From NCBI GenBank assembly GCA_003990765.1, contig RBNJ01000308.1:1-33483 (forward strand): DNA of 33,483 nucleotides, written 5' to 3'. The notes beneath the pieces were generated by a model. The model made no database searches. It was not told the origin of the DNA and saw only the letters and a list, made by a program, of their open reading frames with translations. The DNA is from Jimgerdemannia flammicorona. Its lineage: Eukaryota. Every line of letters begins with the position of its first letter. Positions within the stretch are counted from its first letter, which is position 1. A program made the translations under genes and the position numbers. Below are positions 1-12,471 of this stretch, one piece after another.

Positions 1-30
1 GGAGTCCAAGTGACTATAAAAAAAAAAAAA
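1..30 (+). mobile_element. 3' end and poly(A) tail of a LINE, probably the same family as 4234-10093, inserted into an LTR
   Basis: AAGTGACTAT(A)13 closely matches the reverse complement of the 3' end of the downstream LINE, AAGTAACTAT(A)18; LTR homology starts right after the A tract. Confidence 0.65.
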
Positions 31-512
31 GAGGAGGTTTCCTATTTCATACTCCTGCCACATTTGGAGGTATTCAGTGGCAATGGTGATCCTTGTTTCT
101 ATTTTATGGCAGTAGAGGATATAATGATAAGAGTTACCAGTACCCAGATTGATACTAGAAGTCCTTTTTGTATGGGTCCTCATGGCTCTTCTGATATCTT
201 AGAACATCCTTTCTTCAACTGAGATACCTTGGTGATTCCTTGACCTTAAGGTTTGGCAAGCAGTAGGCATTTTATTTGTAGTAAGTCTTTGAGCTATTTT
301 GGGATTGGTGGGTCTTATTGGTTGCTGCTACTGCAGTTTCTTGATCCTTCTTTTATATTCCTCAATATACCCATACTGTGGTCATAATGACTTACAGTTG
401 GTCATCATTGTTCATCTTATATGCTGTATGATCTTCTTGTACTCTGATCTGGTGGCTTGTAAGAAAAGGCTGTCTCCTGTACTGATGTCATCATTCTGGG
501 GTCACCATTATA
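31..512 (-). mobile_element. Partial third copy of the Ty3/Gypsy LTR (U3 5' end)
   Basis: Colinear with ~12094-12575 and ~19378-19859; ends GGGGTCACCATTATA versus GGGGTCACCATCACA in the intact LTR; no PPT or internal sequence follows. Confidence 0.92.
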
Positions 513-543
513 ATATGTAAATTCACATAACTAAGTTTTTTAT

Positions 544-3417
544 ATGATATCTTCTTCTTCTACTATTTTATCTGTCTTACCTACTTCTAATACTCCTATA
601 TCTACATCAGCTACTACTATTGCTAGATGGCATGACTATACTCTTACTGTTATCTCCTTATTCAGCCAAGCCATTGCTCACTTATCTTCATTATCTGAAG
701 CTATTGCTGATCTGTCTTTGTTGCCTCAAGCTGTTGCTAGCTCTTTCTTATCTTTGTCTACCCAAGTTATTACCACTCCATCCTTGTCCACTCAAGTTGC
801 TGCTAGCTTATCATTAGCTTTCCTTGTAGACAAGTATAACATTCCTATTAATGTCCTCTTTAGTTACCCATGTATAAGTGTTTTGAAAAATTTTCTTAAA
901 CAAATAAATAGAAAATTACCTAAAGAAGTAAAGCTGTCCAGAAATATGAAAAAAGATGAGTTGCAGGAGCAGTTGTACAAGTTTCTTGGGCTTGGGGATA
1001 GTGGTTTAGTGATAAATATTCAAGATCCTATTACTGTTTGCAAGATCTGGAGTTTTTGAGAATCAATCATGGATATGATAAAGTACTTAGATATGTAAAC
1101 CAAACTGTATCTGAGAAGTCTTTTGAGGATTACATATGTAACAATTGCCACCATAAGGTCTGGAGATCTTTCAGAAATACTTCTTTATAAGCAGACATAC
1201 TTAAATCTATCAAAACAACTAAGCCATCATCAATAACAATACAGATCACCTCAAGTATACCCACTCTTACTATTATTTCTCAAGTGAAGAATATTGTGGA
1301 GGCTGTTCATCAATGGGAGGATGGAACAATCAAGCAGCTTACAGATCTATACCACAATATAACTAATTGGCATATTTTTAAGAATACAGTTTCTAAATAT
1401 AAAGTAAGGATCAATTTATTTAAAATAGGCAGAAATTGATAGGAATCATTAGTAAACTATATATTTTAGTAGAAAAAATGTTGAATTGTGCTAATCTCAA
1501 ATTCTTTATATTATCCTTAAATTATAGTATCTGTATGAAGAATATATTAATCATCAAAGTAATATAGATCAATTTATTACAGTATATTCAAATGCTAATG
1601 CAGATAGACAAAAAATTATATAGAGTGTCAAATAGATGATAGACAAATTGAAAGAACATAACAGTTATAATAAGTAAGCATGATTGAGTGAGGATTAAAC
1701 AAATGTACAATATATGTATATATATATATATCACTTCTATCAATGTAATTTCAATTTTATCTTATAATAGATAAGGATAAATACTGTAATTAATGTGGCT
1801 ATCAATGCATGAGTTCAATAAGATGAGGTTGAAGATCATATAGACATACTTGGCATTTTAGCTGAAGAAGAAGCTATTGATGGAAATAATTCAAATTGAA
1901 AATTTCCAACTCTTATTAATGATACTCAAAATGATCTTGATGATAATGATATAAAGAACCCTCTATAGTAGATTATATCTCTCTTATATAAAAGCAAGAG
2001 ATTCATGATATTAATATAGTTATAGTAAAAAACTATAATTAACTATAAAAAAATAAATAAATAAAAAACTATAATTAATAAGTGATTATTTCTAATATAT
2101 ATTAATATATGTATACATCAGACTTCTTATTTATTATTATTATTATATATTTTAGAATTATTAAAGCCTACACTATTTTTCATCAAGAATGCAATTCTAA
2201 GTTTGATCTTGCCTTTTTGATAGAAGATACTTTAGGCTATATTTGTACATATGTTTATAAAAAATGTAATTTTGAGGATCAAAAGAATATTGATGAAAAG
2301 ATTGTTAGATGTAAAGGCAAATCTGTAAGTGTTTAAATATATATAATTCATTAATGTATCTGATAACAAAAAATACTGATATCTTCTTTATATATGTATA
2401 TATGATATTCTCTTGCTATGGCAATTCAATCAGCAATCAGCAAATATTACTGTAATTTGTATAACTATAGTAATCAATAATGAAATTTCAGCTATATAGA
2501 GAAGAAATAAATGAGTAATACATCATTATTTACCAAAGTCAGCAGATATATATAGAGTTTATACAAGTGCAAGACACAAGCAAGTAATAGTGCTGAATCT
2601 GTTTGAGTATTGACAAGTAATGATATAAAAGCTTTTTATATACTTTGTCAAACAAAAGATACAATTAGAGCTAGATAATATATAAATATTTTTATTTATT
2701 TTTTTAATATCAGTCAAATATATGTATTATTATTAACATATCATAGTGTATTTATTTATTTGCATTTCTTTGTCTTTTATGTAGAGATGAAACTTTGCAG
2801 ATAAAATAGAGGTATGTTGAATATATACCAGATAGAACACAAATTATCTTGATATTAGATTTTCTGCAAAACCCATCAAGTTAGTGGTAAGTTTTACTTA
2901 ATAACTTTAATTTTGATAACTCTATTTCATTTGAACTAATAATCTCTATTACCTAAAGGAATACAACTATTTTGTTTACATATATCATAATAATTATATA
3001 AAGTATATATATCCAGTTCATACCTATTTAAACTGAAAAGTCCACTGTGGTAATTTTCCAGATATACTTTTTACTAAAGTTAATAAGTATAATCATATTC
3101 ACATATATGATCCTTTGCTTTATCCAGTATTCAAGAGTCAGTTTGAGAGTAATTTATGTAATGTAGATTATGCAAAGTGGTATCTTTATGGCACTCACTC
3201 TTTTTAAAGAGGTGGATATCAGTACTGATATCATTATATAAGTCTGAAATGGGATATTTAACAGTTGTATATTTGGGGTGGATAGAGTATTGATTTTGAT
3301 AGTTTGACTATTATATGGTATATGGTCAGCACAAATAATGTCTATTATACTTCTAGAGATCTTTATATGAAGCCTTACAAACTACTTATTAATGGTACTG
3401 AAGAATCTCCTTTTTAA
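544..3417 (+). pseudogene. Intron-containing tyrosine recombinase (Crypton-like DNA breaking-rejoining enzyme), inactivated by stops and frameshifts
   Basis: Manual translation gives YSLAMAIQSAISKYY (~2407), SNTSLFTKVSRYI*SLYKCK (~2514), IYLFAFLCLL[C for R]RDETLQIK (2747-2806), KTHQ (~2868), YGTHSF[* for R]RGGYQY (3187-3225), WGG*S and LTIIWYM with a candidate catalytic Tyr at 3319. GT-AG introns at ~1403-1527, ~1674-1770 and from 2325. The 5' part (544-1680) may be the same gene or a separate one. Confidence 0.8.
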
Positions 3418-3779
3418 ATAAATATATTTATAGATTTTGTTAGTAAGTAATTTAAATTTAAATTTAACAGAAATCAGCTAAATATACTAATAAATGACAA
3501 ATTTAAGTTGAAGAATGGCTTATTTCTACTGATTTCTAATATATCATATTTATTCTGAAGAATGCAATATAAAATCACCATTTAGAAATATATATTTATA
3601 TTTATATAAACTATAATATTATCATTTATATTTCTCATTAAGCTTTCAGAGAACCTAATTATTCACTATTATTTATATTTTTTCTTCAGAATTCAGAGAG
3701 TATCTAATTATTTAAAACTATGTAAGCTGTCAATTATTTATATAAAATTTATTTTAATAGATATAATGCAAAAATATAC

Positions 3780-4233
3780 TTACAATCTTCTTCACTTAGA
3801 CCCAATACTTCTCCATCTCTGAACTTCTCTTATGTTTTGATTGCAGCAGTCCAGGCTGTATCTAATTACTGGTACATTTCCTGTAAGTCAACTCCATTGA
3901 TTGTTGTAAGGATATTCTTATACCAAGTTTTCCAAATTAGTTCTTTGAACTTTGACCTTATGATAGTGATATATGCCTAAAACAAATGAAGTATAATTAG
4001 ATTCTATAATTTATGAGTGAAAAATATTAACATTATATAAACTTACCACAGTAATAGTAAAAGCTGTCATTCTTCTATCTAATGTCTTTAATTGGCATAT
4101 TTGGGCTAAACTTTGTATTATCTTCAACCTATGATATAATTTATAATTATGGTGCATGAAGAAAATTCAAATTATTTCTTTAAAAATAGGGCCTATATAG
4201 ATCCAATTGACTGTATACTCCTTGAACTTCACT
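3780..4233 (-). pseudogene. 3' part of an unknown intron-containing gene disrupted by the LINE
   Basis: Removing the LINE and one TSD joins ...RIFNLSIA*QVKF to KEYTVNWIYIGPIFKENNLNF in frame; a GTAAGT donor near 4047 is followed by an exon reading AYITIIRSKFKELIWKTWYKNIL. Confidence 0.55.
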
Positions 4234-4261
4234 AATTTTTTTTTTTTTTTTTTATAGTTAC

Positions 4262-7200
4262 TTAAACTTTGCTATTTATTACCAGTCTATAGATATAGTT
4301 ACAGTATCTCCTCCCACTACCCAATCCCCATAGGGGAGCCCTCCCCACTACATCCTTATGCTTAAAAACCACCTTACTACCCACTACCCCAACCCTTTCC
4401 CCACTCTGGCCACAGATTTTCTCCACCAAGTGATGCTGCTGACTACTCTGCAGACCCCAACCTAACCACCAGCCTGTCAGAATGTCCTCCAACAACCCTT
4501 CCCATCTCAACAGCTACACCCCCAAACCCAGATACCTCTCTTCCTTAAAAACAAACAACCAGTGACCTGCTAGCTCCACCAAAATAGCCAATATCTAATC
4601 TATGGTAAGCCACTCCTTTTCCACCCCTCCCATCAATCTATCTCTCAAATCCTCCCAACTGACTCCTCTCTCCAACTCCTCTATGTATGATATCCAATTG
4701 ATCTCCAACTGCTAACCAAAAGTTGCTAAGTACCTTATACTCTCTCAGCCAATGTTCTGGTATCTATACAAATCCCCCTTCCTGTCCTACATTGTAGCAC
4801 TCCTCACAGTCAAAACTTTCCCCCTCTACAAGATAGCCTAAGCAAAAGTTGAGTGTAACATTCCTCTACAGCATGTGCCACCAGATCACCCAGTACTTTG
4901 ATGGCAGCCACTGCCTTACCTCAGCACTCTAGGCCCAGACCCCATTCCAGTCTCACTCTTTTCTGATATCTGCCAACTACTATCCACTGAACCATAAATC
5001 CTGTCCTAGTCCCCTCTGGCACTCTACCTCATTATCAATATTGAAATCAATTAGGGGAATGCCCCCCAACAACACTTGGTCTCATCTCTACATCACTGGG
5101 CCCCAAAGCATCTCTCCTCCTTCATTTCCCTGCCAGCAGATTCAATGTAGTACACCCCATCTGCTACCCTCTACCAAACCTTTATACCACATTCATCCAT
5201 TATTCTGAAGCCTAACCAAGGACAGTAGATCCCCTATAGAGCCTCTTGGTGAGGACCTCATCTCCCAGACCTTCTTCATCAGGAGAACCCAGCTACCCTC
5301 TCTCAGCTCCACAGCTCTCTTCAGCCACCATACTCTCAGACAGTACAGCCTCTTCAGAAAGTCAACCAGCCTGAGGCCCCCTCTAGCCACTGGCAAAGAC
5401 AAGATTTTCCAGCTAATCTGACTTCTCCTCCTGGCTCAGATCCACCCCTTGGCCAGTTTCAATAGTCTCTTTACTACCTAGGCTAGAAAGTCTAGGTGAT
5501 AAGCTAAATACCACAACTTTGGTAGCCAGTAGACATTCAAAATTGTAACCCACCCTACAGTGTCCTCCCCAACACTACAGGGTCTCTTCCCAGATTGCAA
5601 CTCACTGCTCTCACCAAGGTCTCAGTTGGACTGACCCACACCAACAGATAAATGCCCAAGTATTGCACTACCTCTCCAGCAGAGACAATTGTTCCAATGA
5701 TATCCCCTCCTACTAAACCATTGCCCAACACTATCATTTCACACTTATGTCAATTGAGTTTAGCCCCAGAGTACACTTCATACCACTCCACTGTTTCCTT
5801 GAGTTCCTCAATATCAGCAATTGATCTCAGGTCAACTATCATATCATCTGCAAAGACTTCAACTTTCCACCCAATCTCAAATACTGAGAGCCTGACTATC
5901 CTCTGCCAAATCCTATCTATCAAAGGCTCCAAGAAGAGAGTATACAGAATGGAGGACAGTGGGTCCCCCTGGAGAACACTCCTACCCAGAGGGAATGCTA
6001 CCCCTTTATACCCATTATACATGAGTGCAGCTCTACTCTCTTCCAGAAGACTGACTATTATCATCCAGAACTGGTGCAGGACACCAATCTGATCCAATAC
6101 CTTTACTAACCAGATCTGCTGAACACAGTCATATATCTTCTCCTGATTCAGAAAAACCAGTTGCCCATTCAGTCCATAGGCTTGTATCCCTTTAATAATG
6201 CTATGTACCCAAGCCATGTCATCCCTAATGAGTCAACCTCCTATAAAGCTCCACTGCTCCTCACTCAAGACTTGCTGGGCCACCTTCTACAGCCTTACTA
6301 CCACCACCTTAGTAACCAACTTTCTGTTCATGTCTAGAAGTATGATTGGCCACCAGTTCTTCCAATCCTCCCTCCTGCCCTTATTCTTATAAAGCAGTAC
6401 CACCAGCTCCAGGTCCTGCTCACCCACCCATCTTCTTGACTGTAGTATCAAGTTGCAAAGTGCTATCAGCTCCCCCAGGACTTCAGGGACTCCTATCATC
6501 TTCTTCCAAAAGTCCCAGAGCAGACCATCCTCCTCTGGTGCCATGCCCAGTATAGTTGTGATAAGAACCTAGTGAATTTCCTCCTCCTGTACAGATATTT
6601 CCAAGCCACCCAGCCCTTCTGCTTGTAGTAGGTGCCAATCCTCCAAAGCATGGTCAATGGTGGCAGCATCAGCCCCACCCTCCTTCTCACTCCAAAAACC
6701 ACTCCACCTCTTCTTTAATGATCTGAGAATGTCTTATATACTATATACTAGCAAATCATCAGAATCTAGCACTCCCTCCCACTTCTGCTTAACCATCCTT
6801 GCCTGAAGGGCCCTTGTAAGATACTTAGAGGGCCTCTCCCCTTTCTCCAGTCCCTGCAAATGTAACCACACTGCCAAACTCTGCACCTGTACCTCCTCCT
6901 CCTTCCACAACACTCATTGTAACTTCCTAACCTCTATTCACATCTGTATCAATCTCCAGTCCTCCACCCCCTCCAGTGCCAACAGACCTGCCCAATCTTC
7001 CAGAAGCCTAGCCAGTCTAACAGAAGCCCACATCACCCTCTTCCTCCTCTGTCTTCTAGCCACCTTGCCAGCCTCACTCTAGTAGACCCTAGCAGCCTCT
7101 TTCATCCTCATCCACCAGACACCAACTGGGGCACCTTCCTGTATCCAATCCTCCACCCTCTGCTGAATGTCCTCAGCCTACTTGTCCCACAGCACCTTAT

Positions 7201-7963
7201 TGTCCAATAAAGAGTAATTGAGGTGCCAATGTCCAGGCCCATCCCCACTCCCTCCAAAATGATCCTATTCTAGTAACCCCCAATGATCAGACCACAGACA
7301 CCACTCAGTCTTCAGTGACTTCCAAACATCTAAGCCCCAGCAGTTTGCCATCAGAACCCAGTCAATTCTTGTTCCCAGGCCACTTGCCCAGTGTATGTAC
7401 ACCCTCTTATTACTCCAGAACCCCCTGCCAGCATCCACCAGAACACTTAGCCTTTCCACTTCCTCCCATACCTCCAGACCTCCACTCCTACCCTCAGCTC
7501 CCTGCCCTCTATCAGTTCTATCCACCAGCACATCCCTGACCATATTAAAGTCCCCTCCAAGCATATCCACTCCAGCCTCTGTGAGGGCTCCACTCTCCTA
7601 GAGACTCTTCACCCAATTCACATGCTCACTCCATACAGCAGGGCAGTAATAGGAACCTACTATAACTGGCTCCTAACCTGTTCATATCCACTCTCCCCAA
7701 ACCAGCCTGTCTTCCCAGCTTCTCATATCTCATATCTCCCCTCTACCTCTCCAGACCAGAATCCCAACCTTGCCCATCCAAACTACCTCACCTCTCTATT
7801 CCTTCATCTATTCCAGTCTATCCAAATCATCCTCACATCTGACATCCTGCAAAAGAAAGAGATTAGCCTCCAATCTCTTCAGCTAAGCAAAAATGTTCCA
7901 ATGCTGAAACAAATCCTGTAACCTATTTACATTCAAAGAAAAAATGTTGGTTGTACTGTTTAT
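4262..7963 (-). pseudogene. LINE ORF2: APE endonuclease plus reverse transcriptase, with many stops and frameshifts
   Basis: APE motifs IFSLNVN, LFLLQD, GGDFN, RIDWVL, SDH; RT motifs LLYKNKG..DWKNWWPI, LQGDPLS.ILY.LFLEPL, FADD, GAKLN. Confidence 0.93.
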
Positions 7964-7999
7964 AAGAAATATTGTAAAATAGCAAGTGCATTTTCTACT

Positions 8000-10006
8000 A
8001 CTCTATGTTCATCTCCTCTTGTGCCAAGTCCAGATTATGTTCAGCAGACACCTCCTCCTCTTCAGCCCTTTTAGCCTCCAATCCAACCAGTAGCTCAGTT
8101 ATTTCTCCATCCTCCTTTTCCTCAAAATTCTCACAATACTCTAGGCAGACCTCCTGCCAGAGCTACAATCTATGATGCTCTGTCCAACAAAAGGTGGCTC
8201 TCTCATCAGCAGCAACTACCAGCTTGGCCTCTCTCTCCTTATCAACCTCATACTCTTCCTCCTTCAGAAAAACTACAAATATCTCCACCTTCAGTACCTC
8301 CACCACTCCATTACCATGCATGATCCTCACTCAATACTCATCACTCATCACTCTCAGGTCCACTTCTCTCAGCTCTTCAGCCACAAAGTTGTTCATCATC
8401 TAGCACATCTATAGTAGATTTCCCACCTTCTTCCTCCCTGGAGTCACTGACCATCCTCTATCCAGCATCAAGGTATCAGCTCCTATACTCATATTCTCAT
8501 CCCACTCCTCCTCTGAGACATCCACCAGTCTCTCCTCACTAACTGCCACTACCTGTCTCCCCTTCACCACATCAGGAACTCCAAAGTGCACTTGCTGAGT
8601 ACTGTGCATTGATACATCCTCTGCTGCCTGGCCTCTCACTGCTGGTCCCCATCTGATGAGAGTAGGAGGGATATCCTCCCAGACTTCAAATGTACCATCC
8701 TCATATAGGTCCTTACTCAGTGCCTTCCTGGCCTCCTCCTGACCCACCTCTACATTCTCTTTACTACTGCTGGCCCAGACACTTGCTTTGGCTCCTCCAG
8801 TATTCTTACTACCACCAGCAGCCCTCTTTGCCTCTCTCTCTAGTTTTGCCACAACTTTCTCTGCCTCTTGCATCCTTGGAACCTCTTCCATAGCCTCTTA
8901 TCAATATAGATATGCCTTCCATCAATAATCTCCAAGTGTGTCAACTCTACAAATACCTTTCAAGCTTTTGCCCTCCACTCTACTATATCACTCAGCTCCT
9001 CCAGCACCTCCAGCAGGTCCTCCTCCTCCTTCTCACTCCCCTTCACCCTTGTCATCTTATATATGAAGGCTCCCCACACCATTATAGAAGGCCAATTATG
9101 AGCTTTCCCAGTAGCCTCTCTCTCTGCCAATAAAATCTGAATGTCAATATCTTCTGTCTGGAAGGAGGTCTCTTCCCAGACCCTGAACCCAACATCAACC
9201 ACCTCTCTATACTCAGCCATGACTTCCTCAACTCTCCTTCTCATCTCCACAGCAGTTACTATAGGAACCCCTTTCACCAAGAGCTGCATCACTCTGGGAT
9301 CCCACCTCAAGCAGCATGCCATTGGGACATATATCTCCCTAACTATCAACCCAGCCTTCAGCACATCCTCCAATAGCTTAGTCTTCTCAAAGCCCACCTC
9401 CACCCCTTTCAGGCTCTTCAGGAACTTAACAGATACTGTACCATCCATCTGCTTCACAATTAGCCCCAGGACCATTTTTGCTATTACCACTAAGCCCTGG
9501 AAGCACAAGGTAACTACAAACTCTGAGATCAACTTCTTGAGTAATGGGGTCACTGCCAGACCTGTTATACTATCAGCCAGATCACTAGGCCTCATGCCTT
9601 TCCCACAACTTGGTCTATCATCAATAGTTCCATCTAGATTTTTTTCCAGATTGCCTGTTATGCTCCCATCAGCAGTCACTCCCTCAGCTGCTATACTACT
9701 AGCCTCACTACTCTGGCCCCCCAGAGAGACTCCCCCCTGCAGCTGCTGCCTCACATTCATCACTGTCTCCTTGTCCCTTCTCAGCCAACCCTCCAGTCTA
9801 GCTACTGGCTGTCTTTCCTTCACCTTATCTGTGAAGCTCACCCTTTCAATCTCCTGTCCTCCAACATTACTCTCTCCCCTACCACATCCTCCCACTAGCA
9901 AGTCTCTCATACTCTCTCCCAAGCCAGGGCCCCTCCCCACATATTGCCAGTCAAAAGCACTTGGGCCCCCCTGCCTAGTATATATTTCAGAATGCTCATT
10001 GCTCAC
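8000..10006 (-). pseudogene. LINE ORF1 (probable nucleic-acid-binding protein), fragmented
   Basis: 348-aa and 160-aa minus-strand ORFs directly upstream of ORF2 and inside the TSD-bounded element; call is based on position. Confidence 0.75.
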
Positions 10007-10104
10007 TATGTTACTAGTATCTTCTCTCTAAAAACTATGTTGTGAGTATTTTCAGAAGGTTGTGTAACCCAAATGTTACTAGAGAAAGGTATGTGAACTT
10101 CACT

Positions 10105-10650
10105 TGTTAAGCAATACTAAGGTTAAATATTCTATCAATTGGATCTGCCAAAAGGCTGAACTTGGGGTTGCATTTTTCATAGGTCATAAATATCTTATCA
10201 AAGTTGAGTATTAACTGTCTAAATTGATAATTCTTATTAAGATTGAAAATGTTCAAAAGAATAAAAGTGAATTCAGAGGAAAGATTGAATTTGACCACTT
10301 TGAGAACCTATCTCCTCATGTTGCTCAGCCAAACTACAATCTATAGATGAAAGATAATTAGATAAAATAAGAAAGAGGTGGTAATTTAATATATATCTTA
10401 CTACATTTTGCAATTAATACTTCCAAGTCAAAACTCATATATTCAGATATCTTCTTGAGAGTGTCTTCTCATTTCTTTTTATTCAGCCACATGTTAACAA
10501 TAATCATATATATATCTAAGAAGCTTGAGCTTGGTCATTCTCTCCTAATTAGAATACATATCTTTGGATTTGACTTCATGTTTCTCAAGAAGTTTAGTAT
10601 AGTAGATTGTAGAGGGTATATCTTGAGCTTGATTAGATATTGTATTATTA
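10105..10650 (-). pseudogene. 5' part of the unknown gene split by the LINE
   Basis: ORF 10107-10298 (VKFNLSSEFTFILLNIFNLNK...) continues in frame across the TSD; intron-like GTAAGA...AG near 10345-10400. Confidence 0.5.
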
Positions 10651-10844
10651 GATAGTAGGTATAGGTGGATGAGTGGATTGAGTGGATTTTAACAGTTTGG
10701 CTTATACATTATGATAGTAAGCAATGAATATAAGCATGAGTATGATATAGCAATATAGTAATAATTGTGTGAGTGTAAGTAAGTATAAGGATGGAAAAGT
10801 GGAGAGATTGAGAGGGGTGTTTTTATATCAATAAGCAGATGCAA

Positions 10845-10978
10845 GCAAGCTTGACCAGATATGAATATATGCTCACTATATATATGCTAAGCTTACTATA
10901 TATGCTTGCCACATATGCTTACTATATATGTGCTGAGCTTATTATATATACTCACTATATATATACTAAGCTTACTAT
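10845..10978. repeat. Minisatellite (AAGCTTACTATATAT motif), left part of the array interrupted by the LTR element
   Basis: Repeated (aag/gag)cttactatatat units that resume at 19860. Confidence 0.8.
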
Positions 10979-11182
10979 TGTCATGTAGTGGTCACTGAGT
11001 CCTTCAAATATGCCAGATTCTCTTCAAGGTGTATCTCTTAGACTAACTCAAGTTTGTTATAAGCAAGTTCTTATTGGAGTGCCTTCCCAAGGTCTTATAG
11101 TTCTCAAACTTCTTATCTTTAACTGTCTTGTTATCTCTTAGATTGCTTGCAAGGGATTGTGTGTAAGTGAACTGGAACTGAC

Positions 11183-11215
11183 TTTATTTCAGAGAAAATA
11201 AGAGGGGTATTTATA
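11183..11215 (-). promoter_or_regulatory. LTR TATA box (TATAAATA, 11215-11208) and poly(A) signal (AATAAA, 11188-11183)
   Basis: Motifs in the expected U3/R order on the minus strand; conserved in the other LTR (18504-18511 and 18479-18484). Confidence 0.6.
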
Positions 11216-11336
11216 CAAAATATAATTCAATGGTTGCTAAGATATAAAGCTAAATATAAATTCCAATAACTAAAATAAAATGCCAGGAGAGGAAAAACTG
11301 CTAAGTTCCAGGGTTGGCACTGATGGTTGTACAGGT

Positions 11337-11470
11337 TCAGGATGCTGGTATAATTCAGTGTTACATCAAAATACTGGTGCTGGAACAATTCCGCGTCACC
11401 TCAGAATGCTGGTGCTGGCATTATTTGGTATCACATCAGAATGCCAGTGCTGGCATTATTCAGTGTAACC
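11337..11470. repeat. Four ~33-bp imperfect tandem repeats in U3 (CAGAATGCTGGTGCTGGCATTATT), enhancer-like
   Basis: Repeated units upstream of the TATA box, one containing the near-palindrome AATGCCAGTGCTGGCATT; also present at ~18633-18765. Confidence 0.7.
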
Positions 11471-11477
11471 AAGGGAC

Positions 11478-12471
11478 TTAGAGCAGAATGTTCAGGACCA
11501 TGGGGGCTTCATCATCAGAGGTCAGAATGTCTTCGAAGGAGATGAGGTCTGCGAATTTGTCATGTAGGTCGTGCGTTTCGCGTATATACTTCGCGTGCTT
11601 CGTCGCGCGTCTTGCATATGTCGCGCAGGATGACGTCATCACCGATGACGTCATCACGTTCGGTGGCAGGGAAATCGGGAACAAGGAGATCTGGAGCTCT
11701 CCAGTCTATGAGGTTCTCTTCCACAAAATAGGGAACAAATGTGGGGTCTTGGGGAGGTCTAACCTGGATGCTTGGGCCTTGGAATACTGAGATCAATCCT
11801 TGCAGGAATTGGTCTGGGTTGTCCTGGAGGATGGGGTGCCAGAAGTCTTCTACTTTGTCACTATTGAGGGTGATAGTGGACTGGGCTTCTGTAGCCACCC
11901 TGGCTTCTAGTGCATTGATATGGCAGGATGACAGGTCTCTGAAATCTGAGACTCTAACATACTCCAAGTTGGGGATTGACCATGGTGCATGTCTGAAGAT
12001 CTGATGGATCTTCTTAGCTGTCCTTACCTTGTGTATATCCATAGGAGTGGCATCTTGTAGCTCTTGAGGGCTGGCTTGTGGGAACTCCCAGCAGAGGAGG
12101 TTTCCTATTTCATACTCCTGCCACATTTGGAGGCATTCAGTAGCAATGGTGATCCTTGTTTCCATTTCACAGCAGTAGAGGATATAATGATAAGGGTCAC
12201 CAGTACCCAGATTGACACTAGGAGTCCTTCTTGAGTGGGTCCTCATAGCTCTTCTGATGTCTAGAAATATCCTTTCTTCGACTGAGGTGCCTTGGTGGTT
12301 CCTTGGCCTTGAGGTTTGGTGAGCAGCAGGTATTTTGTTTGTAGTAAGTCTTTGAGCTATTTTGGAATTGGTGGGTCTTGTTGGTTGCTGGTACTGTAGT
12401 TCCTTGATCCTTCTTTTATATTCCTCAGTATGCTTGCACTGTGGTCACAATGACTCACAGTTGGTCATCAT
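11478..12471 (-). pseudogene. LTR-encoded ORF of ~330 aa, unknown function (second copy at 18774-19755)
   Basis: The two LTR copies have different lesions (4-bp insertion in one, ~8-bp deletion in the other), so their consensus is one frame from MMTNCESL to APMVLNILL*. Confidence 0.75.
11534..11680. promoter_or_regulatory. CpG-dense island with tandem CRE-type palindromes (GATGACGTCATC twice)
   Basis: Palindromes at 11629-11640 and 11644-11655; dense CG/CGCG in an otherwise CpG-free window; regulatory role is inferred. Confidence 0.6.

Larger units (their letters stand above)
4234..10093 (-). mobile_element. Near full-length non-LTR retrotransposon (L1/Tx1-like LINE), ~5.9 kb, degraded
   Basis: Poly(T)18 at 4236-4253 on the + strand; 11-bp TSD TGAACTTCACT at 4223-4233 and 10094-10104; ORF1 and ORF2 remnants; strong purine skew on the coding strand. 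Confidence 0.95.

Noticed and set aside
299..520. Plus-strand Cys/Leu-rich ORF repeated in all three LTRs (also 12362-12631 and 19646-19891)
   Set aside because: Starts at TTG, lies antisense to the longer LTR ORF, and its repetition only reflects LTR identity
2400..3417. Starship captain (DUF3435) or DIRS/Ngaro recombinase
   Set aside because: Motifs do not match what I recall for DUF3435 and there is no linked DIRS-type RT/RNase H; only a generic Crypton-like YR call is supportable
9141..10031. 296-aa plus-strand Ser/Leu/Pro-rich ORF
   Set aside because: Antisense shadow of LINE ORF1 caused by strand-skewed composition
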